From the NCBI RefSeq assembly GCF_023055435.1, contig NW_025963779.1, positions 83,886,001-83,950,000 on the forward strand: a stretch of DNA of 64,000 nt, written 5' to 3'. The notes under the pieces are model-generated. The model made no database searches. It was not told the origin of the DNA and saw only the letters and a program-made list of their open reading frames with translations. The position numbers and the translations under genes were made by a program. Of the stretch, positions 62,123 to 64,000 are shown piece by piece (position 1 is the stretch's first letter; each line of letters opens with the position of its first letter). Source of the DNA: Haliotis rufescens. Taxonomy: Eukaryota.

Positions 62123-64000
62123 TTACAATGTGTGATCTGGCTGACTGGTGTGTACCCCGATTGTGTTGTTGGGTACTGGTTACAATGTGTGATCTGGCTG
62201 ACTGGTGTGTACCCCGATCGTGTTGTTGGGTACTGGTTACAATGTGTGATCTGGCTGACTGGTGTGTACCCCGATCGTGTTGTTGGGTACTGGTTACAAT
62301 GTGAGATCTGTCTGACTGGTGTGTACCCCGATCGTGTTGTTGGGTACTGGTTACAATGTGTGATCTGGCTGACTGGTGTGTATCCCGATCGTGTTGTTGG
62401 GTACTGGTTACAATGTGAGATCTGTCTGACTGGTGTGTACCCCGATCGTGTTGTTGGGTACTGGTTACAATGTGTGATCTTGTTGACTGGTGTGGCATTG
62501 TACCCCGATCGTGTTGTTTGGTACTGGTTACAATGTGAGATCTGTCTGACTGGTGTGGCATGTACCCCGATCGTGTTGTTGGGTACTGGTTACAATGTGA
62601 GATCTGTCTGACTGGTGTGTACCCCGATCGTGTTGTTGGGTACTGGTTACAATGTGAGATCTGTCTGACTGGTGTTTACCCCGATCGTGTTGTTGGGTAC
62701 TGGTTACAATGTGAGATCTGTCTGACTGGTGTGGCATTGTACCCCGATCTCGTTGTTGGGTACTGGTTACAATGTGTGATCTGGCTGACTGGTGTGGCAT
62801 TGTACCCCGATCGTGTTGTTGGGTACTGGTTACAATGTGAGATCTGTCTGACTGGTGTGTACCCCGATCGTGTTGTTGGGTACTGGTTACAATGTGTGAT
62901 CTGGCTGACTGGTGTGTACCCCGATCGTGTTGTTGGGTACTGGTTACAATGTGTGATCTGTCTGACTGGTGTGTACCCCGATCGTGTTGTTGGGTACTGG
63001 TTACAATGTGTGATCTGGCTGACTTGTGTGGCATATACCCCGATCGTGTTGTTGGGTACTGGTTACAATGTGTGATCTTGGTGACTGGTGTGGCATTGTA
63101 CCCCGATCGTGTTGTTTGGTACTGGTTACAATGTGAGATCTGTCTGACTGGTGTGGCATGTACCCCGATCGTGTTGTTGGGTACTGGTTACAATGTGAGA
63201 TCTTTCTGACTGGTGTGTACCCCGATCGTGTTGTTGGGTACTGGTTACAATGTGAGATCTGGCTGATTTGTGTTTACCCCGATCGCGTTGTTGGGTACTG
63301 GTTACAATGTGTTATCTGGCTGACTTGTGTGGCATGTACCCCGATCGCGTTGTTGGGTACTGGTTACAATGTGTGATCTGGCTGACTGGTGTGGCATTGT
63401 ACCCCGATCGTGTTGTTGGGTACTGGTTACGATGTGAGATCTTGCTGACCGGTGTGTACCCCGATCGTGTTGTTGGGTTCTGGTTACAATGTGAGATCTG
63501 TCTGACTGGTGTTTACCCCGATCGTGTTGTTGGGTACTGGTTACAATGTGTGATCTGGCTGACTGGTGTGGCATTGTACCCCGATCGTGTTGTTGGGTAC
63601 TGGTTACAATGTGTGATCTGGCTGACTGGTGTGTATCCCGATCGTGTTGTTGGGTACTGGTTACAATGTGAGATCTGTCTGACTGGTGTGTACCCCGATC
63701 GTGTTATTGGGTACTGGTTACAATGTGTGATCTGTCTGACTTGTGTGGCATATACCCCGATCGTGTTGTTGGGTACTGGTTACAATGTGTGATCTTGTTG
63801 ACTGGTGTGGCATTGTACCCCGATCGTGTTGTTGGGTACTGGTTACAATGTGAGATCTGTCTGACTGGTGTGGTATGTACCCCGATCGTGTTGTTGGGTA
63901 CTTGTTACAATGTGAGATCTGTCTGACTGGTGTGTACCCCGATCGTGTTGTTGGGTACTGGTTACAATGTGAGATCTGTCTGACTGGTGTTTACCCCGAT
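62123..64000. repeat. 57-bp minisatellite (ttacaatgtgtgatctggctgactggtgtgtaccccgatcgtgttgttgggtactgg), running off the window end
   Basis: Period 57, with longer variants carrying gcat/gcatt-type insertions. Confidence 0.97.

Noticed and set aside
62026-63926. Repetitive LQCVIWLTGVYPDRVVGYW ORFs
   Set aside because: Satellite translation, repeatedly frameshifted by length variants.

Overview
Eukaryotic (metazoan) non-coding DNA, most likely gastropod mollusc and abalone-like; this is inferred from the SINE types and was not verified. I can support no intact protein-coding gene: every long ORF lies in a minisatellite. The window contains four ~140-180 nt N-gaps, about 25 SINE copies or fragments from four families that share one 3' tail (many with 9-14 bp target-site duplications), two decayed Penelope-like RT relics with pseudo-LTR motifs, a few MITEs, and about 15 kb of minisatellite arrays, some with higher-order structure. 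The best leads are: (1) a retroposon family (C) with no tRNA head that starts at a fixed position on a compact, pseudoknot-capable RNA motif, a ribozyme or promoter candidate; (2) three dense CAGGT(G/A) clusters at 9.5-12.8 kb within an old duplicated region; (3) a perfect 39-bp inverted repeat between direct repeats at 17.4 kb. No novel system is demonstrated; these are hypotheses to test.
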